DNA of 64,000 nucleotides from Vitrella brassicaformis CCMP3155 (taxonomy: Eukaryota > Protista > Chromerida): assembly GCA_001179505.1 (NCBI GenBank), contig CDMY01000281.1, forward strand, positions 62,001 through 126,000. The letters run 5' to 3'. Made by a program: the position numbers and the translations under genes. Shown here piece after piece: positions 1 through 12,710 of this stretch (positions within the stretch are counted from its first letter, which is position 1; the number at the start of each line of letters is the position of its first letter). The notes beneath the pieces are model-generated. The model searched no databases, was not told where the DNA came from, and saw nothing but the letters and a program-made list of their open reading frames with translations.

Positions 1-115
1 AAGGCAGGCACTTTTCGTGTCTCTGCGTACTCTTACGCCTTGCCCCCCTCTCTCGCCCTCTCTGTCCGCACCTAATCTGCTCTATATCTCCCTCCCTCCC
101 TCCCCCCAGCGTCAC

Positions 116-3100
116 TCACTCCATCTCCGTCACGGTGGCGGGGAAGACGCGTCGATAGGCCGCTCTATAAGCGTTGACGTACTCGTTGTCCTTCGTGGGC
201 CGCCCCACCACGCTTGCCACCGAGTGCCTCGGCCCCTTCCCGCCCCCTCCCCGGCCGACGACATGAGTCAGCGCCCTCCGCACAGCCGACCCAACCTCCT
301 CCTCTCTCTCGTGCGACAGCCGCAGGCACCTCTCATAGCCCCCCAGCACCTGCCCGTAGACCCGCGCCACCTCAGCCCAGGTCAGGCCTGCCTGCTGGAA
401 GGCGCACTTGACGCGAACGTTGCAGGTGTCCTTGAGAGAAGGGTCGGTGGAGGTGGGGAGGTCGTCTGCTGGGAGGGTGAAGGTCGTGTGGTGGGGGAGG
501 TGGGTCTTGAAGGTGACGAGGCCGCCCCGGACGTCGACGCGCTTGACACAGGGGGAGTGGCGATGGGAGAAGAGGGCAACGAAGTCGGCTCGGGGGGTGT
601 TGCTCATCAGCCGATAGGTACCCTCCTGATCACATAGAGGGAGGGAGAGGTGCCGCCTCGTGCGGTGTGGTGTGTCTGCGTACCGGTCGTTTGAGTGTGA
701 TGCGTGCGGTGTGTGCCCGCAGCGTCTCCACCACCCGAAACGCATAGCGATATCGCATCCGATGCCGAGACGACAGACTCCTGACACACACGCACGCACA
801 CAAAGGCTCGATAGATTGCAGCACGAACAGGAAGGACGGCATTCCCTCTCCTTCATTGGCCCACCCCACCGACCTGAAGTGTATTCTCTGCGGTGCCTGT
901 GTGGGGTCTGAGGGGTCCTCGATGCGCACAAACAGCCCCCCGGCCTCTATCACATACCGCAGCTCTCTGCTACCCTCCAACACCTGCGCACGAGGGCCCC
1001 TCTCCCTCGAGACGTCGCCATCCGACCGGTCGCCGCTCTCCCCCACCTTCCCTCGATAGGGAAACACGAAGTCGCCCCGCTCGGTCACCTCCATCAGCCC
1101 CCACTTGGTGGTCACCTTCTGGGGCGGAACGTCTCGGGTGTCAAGCAGCTCCTGCAGCATGCCGTCCTCCTCACCCCTCATCGCTGGGGCGGTGGTGGTG
1201 GTGGTGGTGGCAGCGCCGCCCTCCTGGCCACCGCCGACGCCGACACCCCCACCACCGCCACACACCCCGCCGCCCACCGACATGCCCTCGTTGTTGCCGC
1301 CCCGGTCTGACTGCGCCGAGTGCTGGCTGATGCCGTATGCCGGGATGATCGAGTTCATGCTCTGCTCCAGGGACCGGTGCGACATGGCGCAGGACGAGCC
1401 GCACACCGACCCACCTCCTCCCCCGCCCCCCACTTGTTGTGCAGGGGACCCCCCACTGCTCTGAGGGAAAGGCACGGGCGTCGGCAAGGGGAAGAAGGAC
1501 CCACCACCACCCATTATCTGCTGTCTGCGGTGCGAGTGCAGGTCGGTCATGCTCAGCGGCCCTGCGGGGGTCACTCGCTGCGATGGGGCGAGGGAGGGCG
1601 ACTGGCCGGGCGTCGAGAAGCCGTACTGCGCTCCCCCAAACAGGGGATCATATGGCGACGACAGCTGAGGGTGTGCTCGCGCCGGCGTGTTGGAATACGA
1701 CCGCAACACCAGCGACGGCGGGATGGGGGGGCGGGGGAAATCGCCCTGTGACGGCGAGGACCGGGGAGGGAGGTAGGAGGGTGGCGGGTGGCTGCCCGTG
1801 GGGCTGGAGGGGCCGAACGGGCCTGTGAAGGGGATGTGCAGGCCTGCAGCATCCCTCTCAGGGCTCCCCCGCGGCAAAGGTGGCTTGACTTTGACATTGT
1901 GCGGGTCCGCCCTCGCCGTCCAGGGCGACGCAAACCTCTCATCATCAAGCCTCGGCAGCAACGGCGGCGGTTGATGGACATCGGCCTCACCTGCCGTGTC
2001 AGCCGGTGGCCTCGGCCGCTCTCGTGAGCCGCTCCGGTTGCTTCGGCGGTCATCCAGCACGTGCACATGTGGGCTCGCCATGGGCCGTGACGGGCTAGCG
2101 AGTGGCGAAGAGAAGGGAACCCCGCCCCTCCTCGCGTCTGGCTCGGGTGAGGCAGCCTGGTGGGTCGTGTGGCTGTGGCTGTGGCTGTGGCTGTGATGGC
2201 TGGGCAGCGGCTGCCTCGCCGGGCTCATCCGCACAGCCGACGGCGCCATGGCCATGGCGCCCCCATGATCGCTCGACGTGCGGGACATCATTGCACTGGA
2301 CAGCTGCGAGAAGTGCCGAGAGTCGTCTTCCTTTTCCCTGATGTCGTGGGTGTGGGTGCCTTCGCCGCCGCTGCTGCTGGAGCTGGTGCTCGGCCGGTCT
2401 CGCGCCTTCTTGATCCGGGGAATGTCCACCACTTTGTTCTTCTGCGGCAGCACACTGGTAGGGAGGCCGGCTGTTGCTGCTCCTGCTCCTTCTCCTGCCG
2501 CTGATGCCGACGCCGACGCCGAGCGAATGGTGGCGGTGACCCCGGGGACCTTCAGCGGCAGACTGCCGATTGACGGGGAGGAGAACGAGTTGTCTGCGTC
2601 AGAGTTGGAGCTGTAGGTCAGCGACGATGCCCGTGAGTCGCGCAGAGGGTTCCTGCTCTTCGCCGCCTTGCTCCCTTCCCCGCCGCGCTTGTTGTTGTGC
2701 CTGTCGGCCTGGGGGTCCTTGTTCGGCGACAGGTGGATGGCCGTCCCGGTGGACGAGCGGCGCGACGAGGTGCACCCCGACTCCTCGCCAGCAGATATCC
2801 GCCGCGGCGCGCCGTCGCCCCGCCGACAGGTGGTCATTGGCGAGACGGAGCTGTTGCTGTCGTCCACCTCATCCAGCCACTTGGGGTCATACCGGATGCG
2901 CAGCGGCAGGTCCACTGGCCCCTGCGGACGGCTGTGGTCCTTTACCGCACCTTTGGCCGCCAGCCGGAGGTAGGCGCCTCGAGCGGAGGAGTGGTCGCCA
3001 TGCACGTGGACGATCGACGATGCCGCCGAGCTGTCCGTCGCCCTCTCCCTCTCCCTCTCGGACAGCCTCGCTTCGTCATGCCCGCCACGGTCCAGGTCTA

Positions 3101-4008
3101 TCGGCAGCTCCTCCAACCTCGCCGCTGGCGACTGCGGCTCCTCCCTCTCCTCTTCGTGAATCACCGGAATGCCCTGACCCGGCGGCCACCTGGTAGCCAT
3201 GGTGGACGACACCTGGCTCACCGGCCGCACTCGGTGGTGGTCCCTCTCTCTCTCCCTCTCCCTCTCCCTCTCGCGCGGCGAGGCCATCATTGGCCCATGC
3301 GACACGAGAGTGGCCGAGGTGGAGAGGTCCGACATTCCCGCACGGCCGGGGAACGGCGGGGACGACTGGTCGGACGGCGGGGGTGCGGGATACGGTGACC
3401 GCTGACACGTGTCGATGGTCCTGGGTGGTCTGAGGGAGTCTGCGTCGCTGGACGGGGCGGGGGTGTGTGGGTGTGGGTGTGGCGGCAGGGGAGGCTTGTC
3501 TGGCGACGGGAGGTGGCGAGGCGGCACTGGGGGGGCGTCGTTCAGAAAGGGATGGTCGATGAGCGAGGGCAGGTTGGGCTGCAGGCAGTAGGTGGGATCC
3601 AGCAACCGACGCAACAAGTCGGCAGCCTGCCAACAGACACACCGAACAAACAGCCCAAACAAATGCCGCCCGCGATGTGGTGAACGAATGCACTTCTCCT
3701 CTCTCTCACCTGGGGCGATACGGCGTCCGGCAGTGGCTCGAGGTCGCTCGCCGTCCGCTCGAACGCCCTCACCGCGCCCACGCCCCGGCCCTCCACACGC
3801 CAGGGCGCCCTCCCCACAATCAGGTGGTACAGCACGCCGCCAGCCTGCCAGAGGTCGCCGGCAGCCTCATACTGCAGGGGGGGCAGATGCGATGCCGACT
3901 GCGGTATGGCTGGAATGAGCCCCGCCTGGCCGAAGTCGGTCAGGCGCAGGTCTAGCTCACGGGTTAGCAGGAGATTGGACAGGCTGATGTTGCTGAACAC
4001 CCAGAGAC

Positions 4009-4050
<42 letters not shown>

Positions 4051-4809
4051 AGAGGGAGGGAGAGTGTTGTTGTGGTTTTGATGGCATGCTTGATTGATGC
4101 CTGCCCACGCATCGCACTTACCCGTGTTTGACGTTGTTTTGGTGGAGGAAGTGTATGGTCTGCAGCAGCCGGCGCATCCACGACTGCACCCACAACTCGG
4201 GAAGCCCAACACTACCTGAACGAACGAACGCACCAACACCAACACCAACACAGAAAGAGGGACACACACAGAGAGAGGGAGAGAGTGAGTGCAGCTGGCT
4301 GGCTGGTACGGTACACCTGACCTCTCTGGTGCTGAAAGTTGAGCAGGTATCTCTTGAGGTCGCCATTGTCACAGTACTCGAGCACCAGCCCCTTGTGGTG
4401 GCGCGTGTCAAACGCCCCAAGCACGCGGCATATCCCATGGTGCCCAGCGCTCCCCTGGGTCTCGCGCATCGGGTTCGACCACACCAGATTGTGATAGAAA
4501 ATCTCGTTGTCCACCTGTGTGTGATGCAGACGTAGGACACACAAACCCACTCCATAGGACCATAGAGCCATGCATGCACTGCCAGTGCTCTCCTGTCGCC
4601 CTGTCACCTACTTGTGCGCGCAGCTCCGGCGTGTCCAGCTGGTTCTTTGTGTAGGTCTTGAGAGCGACCGGCCCCGCGTGGCTGGCGCCGTCGGTGTGGA
4701 GCACATTGGGCACGGCCCGCCAGACGGTGGCGTGCCGGGTCCCCCCGATGTGCTCCTTGCCGTGGAAGTTCGAGAGATCAAAGCAGCGCTGCTGCCCGCC
4801 GCATTCCAT
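116..4809 (-). CDS. PLK4: Polo-like kinase 4 (SAK/PLK4)-like protein, multi-exon; degenerate kinase domain plus cryptic polo box
   Basis: Spliced N-terminus has VALK, [36 protein letters not shown] (human PLK4: [23 protein letters not shown]) and DLWQAG. After a long S/P-rich linker, the C-terminus LDTRDVPPQKVTTKWG...RYRYAFRVVETLRAHTARITL...YRLMSNTPRADFVALF...GYERCLRL matches the PLK4 PB1-PB2 pattern (KYQYASRFVQLVRSKSPKIT...CILMENSPGADFEVWF...GHRICLAL). Confidence 0.85.
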
Positions 4810-5278
4810 CGCTCACCGCAAACCCATCACGCCAACGCTATCACAAGACGCCTCACCGAGGCCCTATCGACGGCCACATGCCTCACAAATGGCTGCAAGT
4901 GGCTCATCGCTCTCGTGGCTTAGGGTCCTTGTGAAACGGGATACTGAGAATGGCGAGCTTTTTTTTGTTGAGGAATTCTTGCGTTGAGGTTTTGAAGGCC
5001 TGATTTGATCAGATGCTGCCGAGCAAGCTCGAGATCGGCAGCATTGCGGCTGCGACAGCGGGTCTCAAGCGCCTCAGGGGAGAGCCATGCGGGGCAACGA
5101 GCGAGTCGCCTCACAAGGTAGGGGAGGTGGGCAGCACGACCCGACCAGAAGGGCAGGCTTCAAGTTGCCGCAGCGCAATGCCTCACTCCCACGTTGCCGG
5201 CCATTTCTGCCGTTGTGTTGACCGTGGGTATATACCGTCTTGCGTGTGTTGCAGAGGCGTTGCTACAATGTGCCGCTG

Positions 5279-7196
5279 ATGAAGCCGCCCCTGCCCGCCC
5301 CTCCGCCGCAGGGCGAAGTGCCAATTGCACCAAACTCTGACAACGGGGCCTCGGTGTGTGAGCTGACGACAGTCAGTCAGCCGATCGTGGCCGCGCGTGT
5401 GTATGTGTGTGTGATGGTCTTCCTTCGTGTGTGTGGGGCTGTTTGTTTGTTGTCAGGGTCGGCCGGTGCAGGCAGCGTGGAGCAGCGAGGAGGACGCCCA
5501 CCTGTACCATCTGGTCATTACCTGTGGCTCCAACAGGTGGGCAGTGCAGTGCCGCACAGAGAGCAGGCAGCGGCGGCGGCTCGGCTGTGGTTCATTCAGA
5601 CATCCGTGTGCTCTGGCTGGCCTCCCTCCCTCCCTCCCTCCCTCCCTCTGTGTGTTGTGCGTCCGTCAGGTGGCGCGACGTGGCCGCGGCCCTCAACCAC
5701 AAGTGGCACAACAACAGGACACGTAAGCTCCTCTTGTGTGCTATGGGCACCCGCCATTCGGCATTCCACATCTGTGTCGGTTTGTTCAGCGAAGCACTGC
5801 CGTGAGCGTTGGGTGCTGCACGTCGACCCCACCATCAAAAAGTTAGTCTCAGAGCCTTGTGTGCACCGACTGACTGGCACACAGGCAGGCAGACACATGT
5901 GGTTGTGTGCTCTGTGCGCCTGCACTGCACTCAGGGGCGAGTGGACCGAGGAGGAAGACCACCTCATCGTCGCCAAACAACGAGAATGGGTTCGTCACAG
6001 CGAGCCACGACACTTTACTGGTTGTCTGTGTGCGACGGACGTTGCCTGGTTGTGTCGTCTGTGTGCTCACTCACAGGGCAACTGTTGGGCTGACATCAGC
6101 CGTTGTCTGGAGGGCCGTGCGGTGCAGGACGTCAAGAACAGGTGGCACCAGCTGTGGCGGCTCGCGCAGCGACGCGACTTCCAGTCCATTCAGTTCGACG
6201 CCACCGACCCCAAGGAGGACCAACACATAAGGCGTACGCAATGCTTCCCCTGTCTGTGTCTGTGCTGTTGGATGGATGCCCTTCTGTCTGCCTGGTGTGG
6301 TGTGTGTCTGCAGTATCAGCCGTCATCTATATGCTGCACCATGGCCACAGCGCCCCCAAGACCACCACCACCACCACCAGCAAGACCAAAGGAACCGCCT
6401 CGCCACAAGAAGAAGGAGGAACACCCGGCCCGCTCCCTCCCCTCCCCACACCCCCTTCGATGCCTCCCCTGCCCTCCCCCTCCCCCGAGCCCTCCCCCTC
6501 ACTCTCCCCACCCACACACACACACGCCCACGCCACAAGGGGCGGCGGCAACGGCGTGAGCAGCGACTACCTTAACTACCTCTGGGTCATATCCCTCTTC
6601 GAGGCGCAGCTCAACGCCACTCTCGCCAAGGACAAGGACGGCACCAAGGATATTGCTAATGCTCCTGCTGCTGCTGCTGCCGGCGGTGGGTCGGCAGATG
6701 GATCAGCTGGTCCGTTGGAGGGATTGACGGCCAGCGAGCTGATCGAGGCACAGACGAGGTTTGTGCAGGACTACGTGGGCAGGCAGCTCAGGGAGGGGGG
6801 AAGTGGTGGCAGCGGCGGCAGTGGCAGTGGCGGCAGTGGTGGAGGGGACATGCCACTGCACCCAGGTAAAGTGAGTTGTTGGGTTAGGGTGACTGACGGA
6901 CGAATGAACAATGGCTGTTCTGTCTGTCCGTCTGTCTGTCTGTGTCTGTGTCTGTGTCTGTTGTGTCAGCCTTGCGGGCTCTGTCGTCCTTCTCGTCGGC
7001 GGCATCGGCTGGTGGTGGTGGAGGGGAAGCTTGCAACCACCTCCCCTTCCCGCCGTCACTCTTCCCATCACCCGACCCACAACACCCACAGCACCCACAC
7101 CAGCAACTGGAGCGGCGACTCGGTGTCTCACTCTCGTCGGCAGAAGGTGTCAAGGCGGAGAGGGGCGTGGCTACGGCGCCACTGGCCTTGTCGTGA
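5279..7196 (+). CDS. R2R3-type Myb DNA-binding protein, multi-exon
   Basis: Exons give WSSEEDAHL...RWRDVA...KHCRERWVLHVDPTIKK / GEWTEEEDHLIV...GNCWADISRCLEGRAVQDVKNRWHQL, i.e. two Myb repeats with regularly spaced Trp, then a low-complexity C-terminus. The start codon is uncertain. Confidence 0.85.
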
Positions 7197-8126
7197 CTAA
7201 GGACCGGGGGTGTGTGCCCCAAATGTATTTAACGGCGGATGCATGTGTGCCTGTGTCTGTGTCTGTGTGCGTGTGTGCGCGAACCTCTGTCTCTGCTGCC
7301 TGTGAGAGGGTGTATGTGTGTGTGTATCGGTGCTGCACGCACGATTCATCCGATTCTACTTACCGAGCGGCCTATTATGCCTGTGACCCCGTAGGTCAGA
7401 TCAATCGACTTATTTGGTTTGCGACTGATTTGGCTTGTAGTGAGGTGACCGGCGGCCAAGTGAACAGAGCAGAGACAGAACAGGACAGGACAGGACACAG
7501 CACGACTAAAGTTTTTCCGCGGGCTAGGCTTGTTTCGGTATCCTGAGTACGCGATGGCCCTTGTTGTCTGCTGGCTGGCTGGCCGATGAGTCAGTCGGTT
7601 AAGGTGTGCTCCTAGTGGTATGTGATCCGGATGCCATCACGGAAGTGGATAACAACAATTCAGTGCTGTATACTTGTCTCTCCTGCACCTTTCTGCTCGT
7701 CTGTCTGTTCGTCTGGTGGGGGCGTGTGTTGATGTCGCGTCGGGTGACGATGGCAGACGTGTGTTACTCCCACATGCGGCCGCCTCCGTCACCAGACGCG
7801 CCGGCACCGACACACGCCCCGCACCCGGCCATTGATGGACACACCGATGGCTGGATGTGTGCATGTGTTTCTCTCTGTCTGTCTGGGTTTGTGCTGGCTG
7901 TGTATGTGTATGTCTGTTCATCCAGACCGACCCATTGAGGCCGGCAGAGAGAGCAAAGACGGTCATGTGCATAAAATTAAGTGTCTTCCCCCGTTCGTTG
8001 ACTACGCAACAACGTGACGAGCGAAGCATTCGTGTCGATTTCCACTCTTCTCGGGTCCATCCATCCATCCGTCCATCCCTCCATCCATGTGTACACCCCA
8101 ACAGCATCGGTCGGTCGGTCTGTTGG

Positions 8127-9645
8127 TCAGGCGAGTGCCGCTTTGGGTTTGTTGAAGAATGGCTTGAGCGACCACTCCACCTCCACGTCGCGCATGTCCA
8201 CCGAACCCAACTCTATCCGATACAGACGCATCACGAACCTGCACACACAAAAGAGCACAGAAACGTACGTATCTCTTGCTCGGTTCGCACCCACCCATCT
8301 CTCGCCCCATCGACCCACCTCGGGCCCGCCTCAGTGAGCTGCAACTGCTCCTTCTGCTTCTCTTCTGCCCTCTCCTTCTTGCCCTTCGGCTGCCTCTCCT
8401 TCTTGCCCTTCGGCTGCCTCTCCTTCGCCTCGTCCTTGCCCGTCGCCGCCTGGCCTGCATCCACTGCGCACACACACACACACACCAACAACAACAACAG
8501 CACACATGGTACACGCCCTGTGTGTCTTCCTTCCCCGGTTGCGTGACTGACCGGCAGCAGCAGCAGCAGCAGCAGCAGCCTCTCCTCCGCCGGGCTTTGC
8601 CTTTGCCCACGTGTGGTGTCTGAAGTGGATGAAGTCGCCCTGGTTGATGAAGCTCATGCACCGCTGGCCAAGCGGCGCCGCCGGCGGGAACAGGTGCTTC
8701 AGGATCGTTTCGACGCGACGACCCAGCTTCGACTCGAACTGGTGGAAGATCAAGTGCGGGGAGACCTGCAGACCAGACACACACCACATCCCGAGGGAGG
8801 GAGAAGGGATGGGATGAGCGAGCGTCTCGTCTGCCGTCCACCCTCCGTGCTTCTCACACACACACTTCTGAGATGTTTGGCGGCTTCTTGGGCAGGTCGT
8901 GCCGCAGGGCCACCTCAGACAGACCGAAGTAGGCCGTGGGGCCATACGGCAGGTGGGAAACGATCAGCCCATCAGGCTCGCCTTCAGAACAAAGATGCAT
9001 CCAATGAAAGCCAACACGACCACAGACAAAATTTTCCAGATGGATAGATATCACCTCCCTCCCTCCCTCCCTCCGACCCTCTGTGCGTGCGCACCTCTGT
9101 GCTCGTGAACAATGACTAGATCTGTGACGTCGTTTGTTTGGCAGAGTCGCACGAGGTCCTTGAGGATGTAGGCACCGCGGTTGATGCGCTGGGAGGTGGG
9201 GAACAGCAGCCGCAGCTCCTTGGCAAACTGCGCCAGCCGGCTAGACGGGTCGCGCGCCGTCGTTATCAGCACCTTCGGGTCTTTCACTCCTGCAGGCCAG
9301 TCAGTCGGTCAAGACACACACACACCACACAGACAGAGGCAGCAACAGCCGAGAAATGGGGCTCAGTCGTCCATCGTGGCATCGCGGTCTGGCATCTCAT
9401 CTACCTCTACCTGCGTAGGCGTATTCGTCGTCGATCTGCGAGCGCATCTGCATGGTCCGGTCATCGTCGAGGTCCAGCGTGGGCCTCAGCCGCTTGTCGG
9501 CGCCCCTGAGCTCGGTGGGAATGCTCTTGCCGCCCTCGAGGGCGTCCTTGAGCTTCCGCTTGCGGTCGCTCACGGCGCGCTCCTTGTCCTCGATGCTCTT
9601 GCGGTAGAGATACTCCTTCCGCAGACGAACGTTCCGACGCAACAT
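8127..9645 (-). CDS. IMP4: U3 snoRNP protein Imp4 (Brix domain)
   Basis: MLRRNVRLRKEYLYRKS...DDEYAYAG / DPKVLITTARDPSSRLAQFAKELRLLFP..QRINRG...VHEHRG / PDGLIVSHLPYGPTAYF / PHLIFHQFESKLGRRVETILKHLFP / EAGPRFVMRLYRIELG..EVEW. Confidence 0.95.
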
Positions 9646-9956
9646 GCTGACCGATGATGTCAGGAGGGGCAGATTTCGGTCGAATCAGGTGCAGGGAGAG
9701 CAAGCACAGAGAGGGAGGAGAGGCTGTGCGGAGGACGAAGACCAGGCGAGCTCAATGTGCGAGCTGAGTCGACCTTCTGCGAGAGTAGACGTCGCTTGGG
9801 CAGCTGTTGACAATCCTGTGATCTGTTTCATCATTACTTCGGTTGGCTTGGCTCCTCGGTGTTTGTGTCTTTCTTGTGTCGATACGGCTGGCTGCTGGTG
9901 ACTGTGGTGCCTGAGTGAGTGATTGTTGCTGTTGGATAGTAGATGAAGGCGGCACC

Positions 9957-11207
9957 ATGGCGTGCTGCTCGACGGGCGTCGTAACCGGCACAGCGCGGCA
10001 GGCACCACCATGGCGACAAGTAAGTGAAGTCCTGGCACAGATCACATCGCACACAGCAAAGCACAGCACTGCTGACACACACACTTGCCTGTCTGTCTGT
10101 CTGTCTATCTGTCTGTGTGTGTGTGTGGTTTGTCAAAGGGACTCGGACTTTGTTTGTGGGACTTGACGGCGAGGAGTTCTTAGTCATCCGTCCCGACGGC
10201 GAGGAGTCCCGGCTGTGCAGATCCATCAAATCAGAGCTGCACGCCAGGTGCGCCGGCGTCAGCATAGAGTTCGTGCAGCCATACGGCCGACGAGACCACC
10301 CCTATCGACTGCTCCCCGGCTGCCCCTCCGTATGGCTCGCTCTCAAGCGCCGACCGGTTCTCAACTCCTCGGCGACCGACAGCCGCAAGAGGCCGCGGTC
10401 CACACCGGCGGCATCGGAGGACCTCGCAACCACCAGAGAGCTGCTGAGGAAAGGTACACAGCCCCCCCCCCCCCCCCCCCCCCNNNNNNNNNNNNNNNNN
10501 NNNNNNNNNNNNNNNNNNNNNNNNNNNNNNNNNNNNNNNNNNNNNNNNNNNNNNNNNNNNNNNNNNNNNNNNNNNNNNNNNNNNNNNNNNNNNNNNNNNN
10601 NNNNNNNNNNNNNNNNNNNNNNNNNNNNNNNNNNNNNNNNNNNNNNNNNNNNNNNNNNNNNNNNNNNNNNNNNNNNNNNNNNNNNNNNNNNNNNNNNNNN
10701 NNNNNNNNNNNNNNNNNNNNNNNNNNNNNNNNNNNNNNNNNNNNNNNNNNNNNNNNNNNNNNNNNNNNNNNNNNNNNNNNNNNACAGCCCCCCCCCCCCC
10801 CTCCCCACACACACATGGACACGCAGAAACCTAGGGGGTTGCTGTTGTCTACTGATTTGTTAGTGCGTACGCATCGGTATCTGCCGCCCGAAACCGAATC
10901 GCCCGACTCGAGCACGGTGTCGGGGGAGGCGGCCGATGACGTCCAGACGGGCGCCAGCAGGGCGTGGGCACGATCACAGCTGGTGCCCTCAAACACACCC
11001 GTGTGGCTTTTGAGCGTGGGGCTGTATACGCCCGGCCGGCCGCCAGACCCCCCTCTGGCGCCGGGGGCCAACCTGGGCATCCTGGAGCTAGAGATGGAGG
11101 GCGGCGCCGACACTCTCACCATCCTGACGCTGGACGTCACTTTCAACGGTGAGGGAGGGAGAGCGACCGATCCGATAGATATGCACAGCCAGGGCAGGCT
11201 TCCGACA

Positions 11208-11240
<33 letters not shown>

Positions 11241-12710
11241 CGTGTGTTTTGCAGACGACATTGCCCAGTCCACGGTCAACGAGGCGACAATGACGTGGAT
11301 GGTGCGTCACCTCCGGCAGCTGGCGGGAGTGAGTGATGCCAAGGACGAGAATGCCGCTGCAAAGGAGGACAAGGAAGCGGCGCAGCAGCCGATGATCCCC
11401 TCATGTGACCTTCGCAGCCTCTTCTTCTGCGGCGCGCGGCCGGCAGTCGACACATCGCCGGCCAGCGCCACAGGCGGCTCCCGACAGAGGCTCGGGCCAA
11501 GGATTGACTTCAACCAGCCGCCGCACCCCCTGCCCTTCACCCTCCCCACTCCGTCCACACGCCGCTACCCCGGGCCCTTCGTGGACGTGGACATCCACAA
11601 CGTGCCTCTCCCTCCCGTCGACTCGCCCGTCCCCTCAGCCGTCACTGCAATGAGCGATGACCTCTCCCCGCCGCCCAGTGAGCAGATGCCGTTCGGAACA
11701 AGCTTGCGGGAACCCAGGCGGCCGCCGAGAGGCGAGATCGAGGGCGAGGAGGGGGAGGGTGCAGGGGAGAGTGAGATCCCTGAAGGTGAGGGCGACGTGG
11801 GCGACGCTGAGGAGAAGCTCGGAGACACTCTATTGCCCAGGCCGCGGTCGGCGTACCCCCGCGCTCCAGGGATGCCATCTTGGAGGCGGGGGTACGAGAC
11901 GCCGACCACCAAGGCGCCGTCACTATTCGTGGGAGACCTCACCCTCGACTCGCAACGGTCGTCAAGGATGTCCACCCACACACCAGGGGAGGCGGCGACG
12001 GGGGCCGTGCCGACCGGTCCCAATGCCCGGCAGGAGAGCCTACCCTGCCATTTGATCTATCTGTCGTGCTGCGTGGGGCTGGCCGGCCCTGTGGACCACG
12101 CGAGGCTGATAGAGGGGTCCGGCCGGCGGCGGCGGCGCGACGGCGACCGGTACGAGTGGAAGATCTCTGACTCCCACTCACCTGTGTCGCGGAATGGCGA
12201 CAGGATGGCCAACATCGAAGACCTCACCTCGCCAATACCGTAAGTAACCACCTCACCACGCCAGCCACACCAAACGACACGACCCAGAACAACGAACGAT
12301 CCACCGTCTTGTCTGTCTTGTGTGTTGCCTGCAGGATTGAGGGGGCCATGGGGCCGTGGTCTCCCGGACCGTGGAGCCCTGTGGGTCGGCCGCGGAAGGC
12401 GCCCCCGCTGACGGAGAGCTCGGGGTACATGTCATGGAAAGGGGCCAGGAGGGAGGCGGACGAGCAGATGTCGCCGCTGTCGCCCTCGATGGAGCAGCGC
12501 ATCCCCAGCATCGCCACACTCACTGTCGAAGTGGCCGTCAAAAGCGACTGGTACGTGGGGAGGGAAGCCATGGACGGACGTGATTTGTGGATGGATGGAC
12601 CATCTGTCTGTCTGTCTGTCTGTCTGTGTGGTGTGTGTGGTGTCAGGGAGAATGAGAGTGAGCTTCAGGGAGGGAACCTCAGCGGCAGCATGCCGTCCAC
12701 ACCGAGATGA
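9957..12710 (+). CDS. Hypothetical protein, multi-exon, with S/P-rich C-terminal half
   Basis: Coding-like exons with GT-AG boundaries (GTRTLFVGLDGEEFLVIRPDG..., VWLLSVGLYTPG...LTLDVTFN, DDIAQSTVNEATMTWMVRHLRQL...). No family recognised. An N gap lies in one intron. Confidence 0.6.
10484..10783. other. Assembly gap (300 N)
   Basis: Run of n flanked on both sides by acag plus a poly-C tract. Confidence 1.

Noticed and set aside
10024-11336. ORFs containing poly-X
   Set aside because: Artefacts of reading through the N gap.
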